From a bacterium (GTDB taxonomy: Bacteria > Patescibacteriota > Minisyncoccia > Minisyncoccales > CG1-02-41-26): 64,000 bases of DNA. Location of the stretch: assembly GCA_030616605.1 (NCBI GenBank), contig JAUWWY010000001.1, forward strand, positions 4,251 to 68,250, written 5' to 3'. Both the position numbers and the translations under genes were made by a program. Under the pieces are notes generated by a model that was given only the letters and a program-made list of their open reading frames with translations, ran no database searches and was not told where the DNA came from. Positions 62,995 through 64,000 of the stretch are shown here, piece after piece (the first letter of the stretch is position 1; each line of letters begins with the position of its first letter).

Positions 62995-63732
62995 ATGTTA
63001 GAAATAAAAAATTTAAAAAAATATTTTGGTGGAGTAAAAGCAGTTGATAATTGTAGTTTTGAAGTTAAACCAAAAACAATTACAGCTTTAATTGGGCCTA
63101 ACGGGGCAGGGAAGTCAACGGTTTTTAATTTGGTTTCAGGAATTTTGAAAGCCGATTCGGGAAAGATTATTTTTTCCGGTGCCGATATTACAAAGGCAAA
63201 ACCAGAGAAAATTTCAAATTTAGGAATTTCAAGATTGTTTCAGCAAACAAAATTGTTTAACAATTTAACAGTTAAAGAAAATCTGCTTTTAGCATTAGAC
63301 AATGAGGATACAAAATTCTGGAAAAATTTATTTAGTTTAAATAAACTTAGTAAAGAAAAAGAAACGAAAATTAAGGAAATGCTAAATTTGATTGGAATGG
63401 AAAAATTTGAGAGTACTTTAACTCGGGATTTAAGTTATGGTCAAAAAAGATTAATTGAACTTTTGCGAACAATTTTAAATCCTCACAAATTCTTGATGGT
63501 GGATGAACCAGTGGCTGGAGTGAATCCAAAATTAAGAGAAGTAATTGCCAAAATTTTAGAAAAACTAAAAAACCAGGGAGAAACAATTTTATTGATTGAA
63601 CATGATATGAATTTCACTTTAAATGTCGCTGACTGGGTAATTGTTATGGAAAAAGGCAAAGTAATTGCCCAAGGCAAACCAGAGGAAATAAGAAATAATC
63701 CAAGGGTCTTAGAAGCCTATTTGGGAGAGTAA
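62995..63732 (+). CDS. livG: Branched-chain amino acid ABC transporter ATP-binding protein (LivG type)
   Basis: It has Walker A GPNGAGKST, the signature LSYGQKRLIEL, Walker B LMVDEPVAG, and the C-terminal PRVLEAYLG. Confidence 0.92.
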   Translation: MLEIKNLKKYFGGVKAVDNCSFEVKPKTITALIGPNGAGKSTVFNLVSGILKADSGKIIFSGADITKAKPEKISNLGISRLFQQTKLFNNLTVKENLLLALDNEDTKFWKNLFSLNKLSKEKETKIKEMLNLIGMEKFESTLTRDLSYGQKRLIELLRTILNPHKFLMVDEPVAGVNPKLREVIAKILEKLKNQGETILLIEHDMNFTLNVADWVIVMEKGKVIAQGKPEEIRNNPRVLEAYLGE

Positions 63733-63785
63733 TTTCTCTAAATTTGTCTTGACTTTTTTCTCAAGATATTAATTAATTAAATATT

Positions 63786-64000
63786 ATGACAAAAACAGCA
63801 AAAACAATTTTATGGGTTGTCATTATAGTTATCGTTATTGGAGCAATTTGGTATGGACTAACTAGAAAACCAGCAGAGGAGGTTATTAAGATTGGAGTAA
63901 TTACTCCTTTAAGTAGTGATATGGTAAATTGGGGAGAGAGTATGAAGGGAGGTATAGAGATAGCTGTTGATGAAAGAAATAGCATTATTAACGGAAAACC
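63786..64000 (+). CDS. ABC transporter substrate-binding protein, LivK family (paralogue 3), 3'-truncated by the window end
   Basis: From the ATG at 63786 it reads MTKTAKTILWVVIIVIVIGAIWYGLTRKPAEEVIKIGVITPL.... It runs off the right edge and has TTGACT-N17-ATTAAT upstream. Confidence 0.8.
   Translation, partial: MTKTAKTILWVVIIVIVIGAIWYGLTRKPAEEVIKIGVITPLSSDMVNWGESMKGGIEIAVDERNSIINGK

Noticed and set aside
63773-63985. 70-aa minus-strand ORF at the right edge
   Set aside because: The + strand from the ATG at 63786 encodes a clear LivK-type binding-protein N-terminus that is nearly identical to the start of the 60990 gene. The minus-strand ORF is its shadow.
1-64000. CRISPR arrays, transposases/integrases, rRNA genes, alternative genetic code
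   Set aside because: There are no regularly spaced 25-40-bp repeats; the only tandem repeats are 12-bp or in-frame coding repeats. No ORF resembles a transposase, integrase or Cas protein. No rRNA-like conserved blocks are present. Conserved genes are intact with the standard code, and TGA terminates, for example, rplC and the oxidoreductase alpha gene, so UGA recoding is not supported.

Overview
This is an AT-rich, tightly packed bacterial window that uses the standard genetic code (TGA serves as a stop). By inference it comes from a small-genome Candidate Phyla Radiation (CPR)/Patescibacteria-type organism. The grounds are a str + S10-spc ribosomal superoperon with no L30 gene between S5 and L15, Lys-rich extensions on several r-proteins, UPF0182, DUF5652, many small DUF genes and a short AlaRS. 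Layout by region follows. 1-13.4 kb holds envelope functions: a MacAB-type efflux module, YjbQ, two paralogous membrane proteins, a SIMPL protein, a 1142-aa modular surface protein and UPF0182. 13.4-16.8 kb is an accessory patch that is visibly more GC-rich. It carries an L,D-transpeptidase and a WG-repeat protein driven by a duplicated promoter cassette, and a secreted metzincin. It also carries two paralogous ~210-250-nt structured RNAs of no class I recognise; one is the leader of a 147-aa orphan ORF and the other is a free-standing, terminated sRNA. 17-23.3 kb is core metabolism: an RRM protein, 2-oxoacid:ferredoxin oxidoreductase, CDP-alcohol phosphatidyltransferase and NrdD/NrdG. 23.4-31.2 kb is a defence-type island. 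It contains a GC-rich two-gene insert, a beta-class DNA methyltransferase plus endonuclease, a RecB-like nuclease with a wHTH insert, a TGT/DpdA-like protein followed by a PIN nuclease, a second orphan PIN, ASCH/DUF3850 and DUF3175. 31-37.3 kb holds RmuC, MscS, a ComEC-type MBL protein, an elongated adenylate-kinase paralogue, a promoter-to-terminator ~145-nt sRNA candidate, ThiI, tRNA-Gly(UCC), tRNA-Pro(GGG) and L28. 38-54.6 kb is rpsL-rpsG-fusA-(Phd/YefM-like ORF)-tuf-S10...L15-secY-adk-map. 54.6-64 kb holds a GalT-like protein, TpiA, DUF458, AlaRS and a branched-chain-amino-acid-type ABC importer with three interleaved binding-protein paralogues. I saw no rRNA, CRISPR array, transposase or integrase. 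The most noteworthy items are the paralogous structured RNA pair (14.7/15.5 kb), the TGT-like + PIN pair inside the defence island, and the stand-alone sRNA candidate at 35.6 kb.
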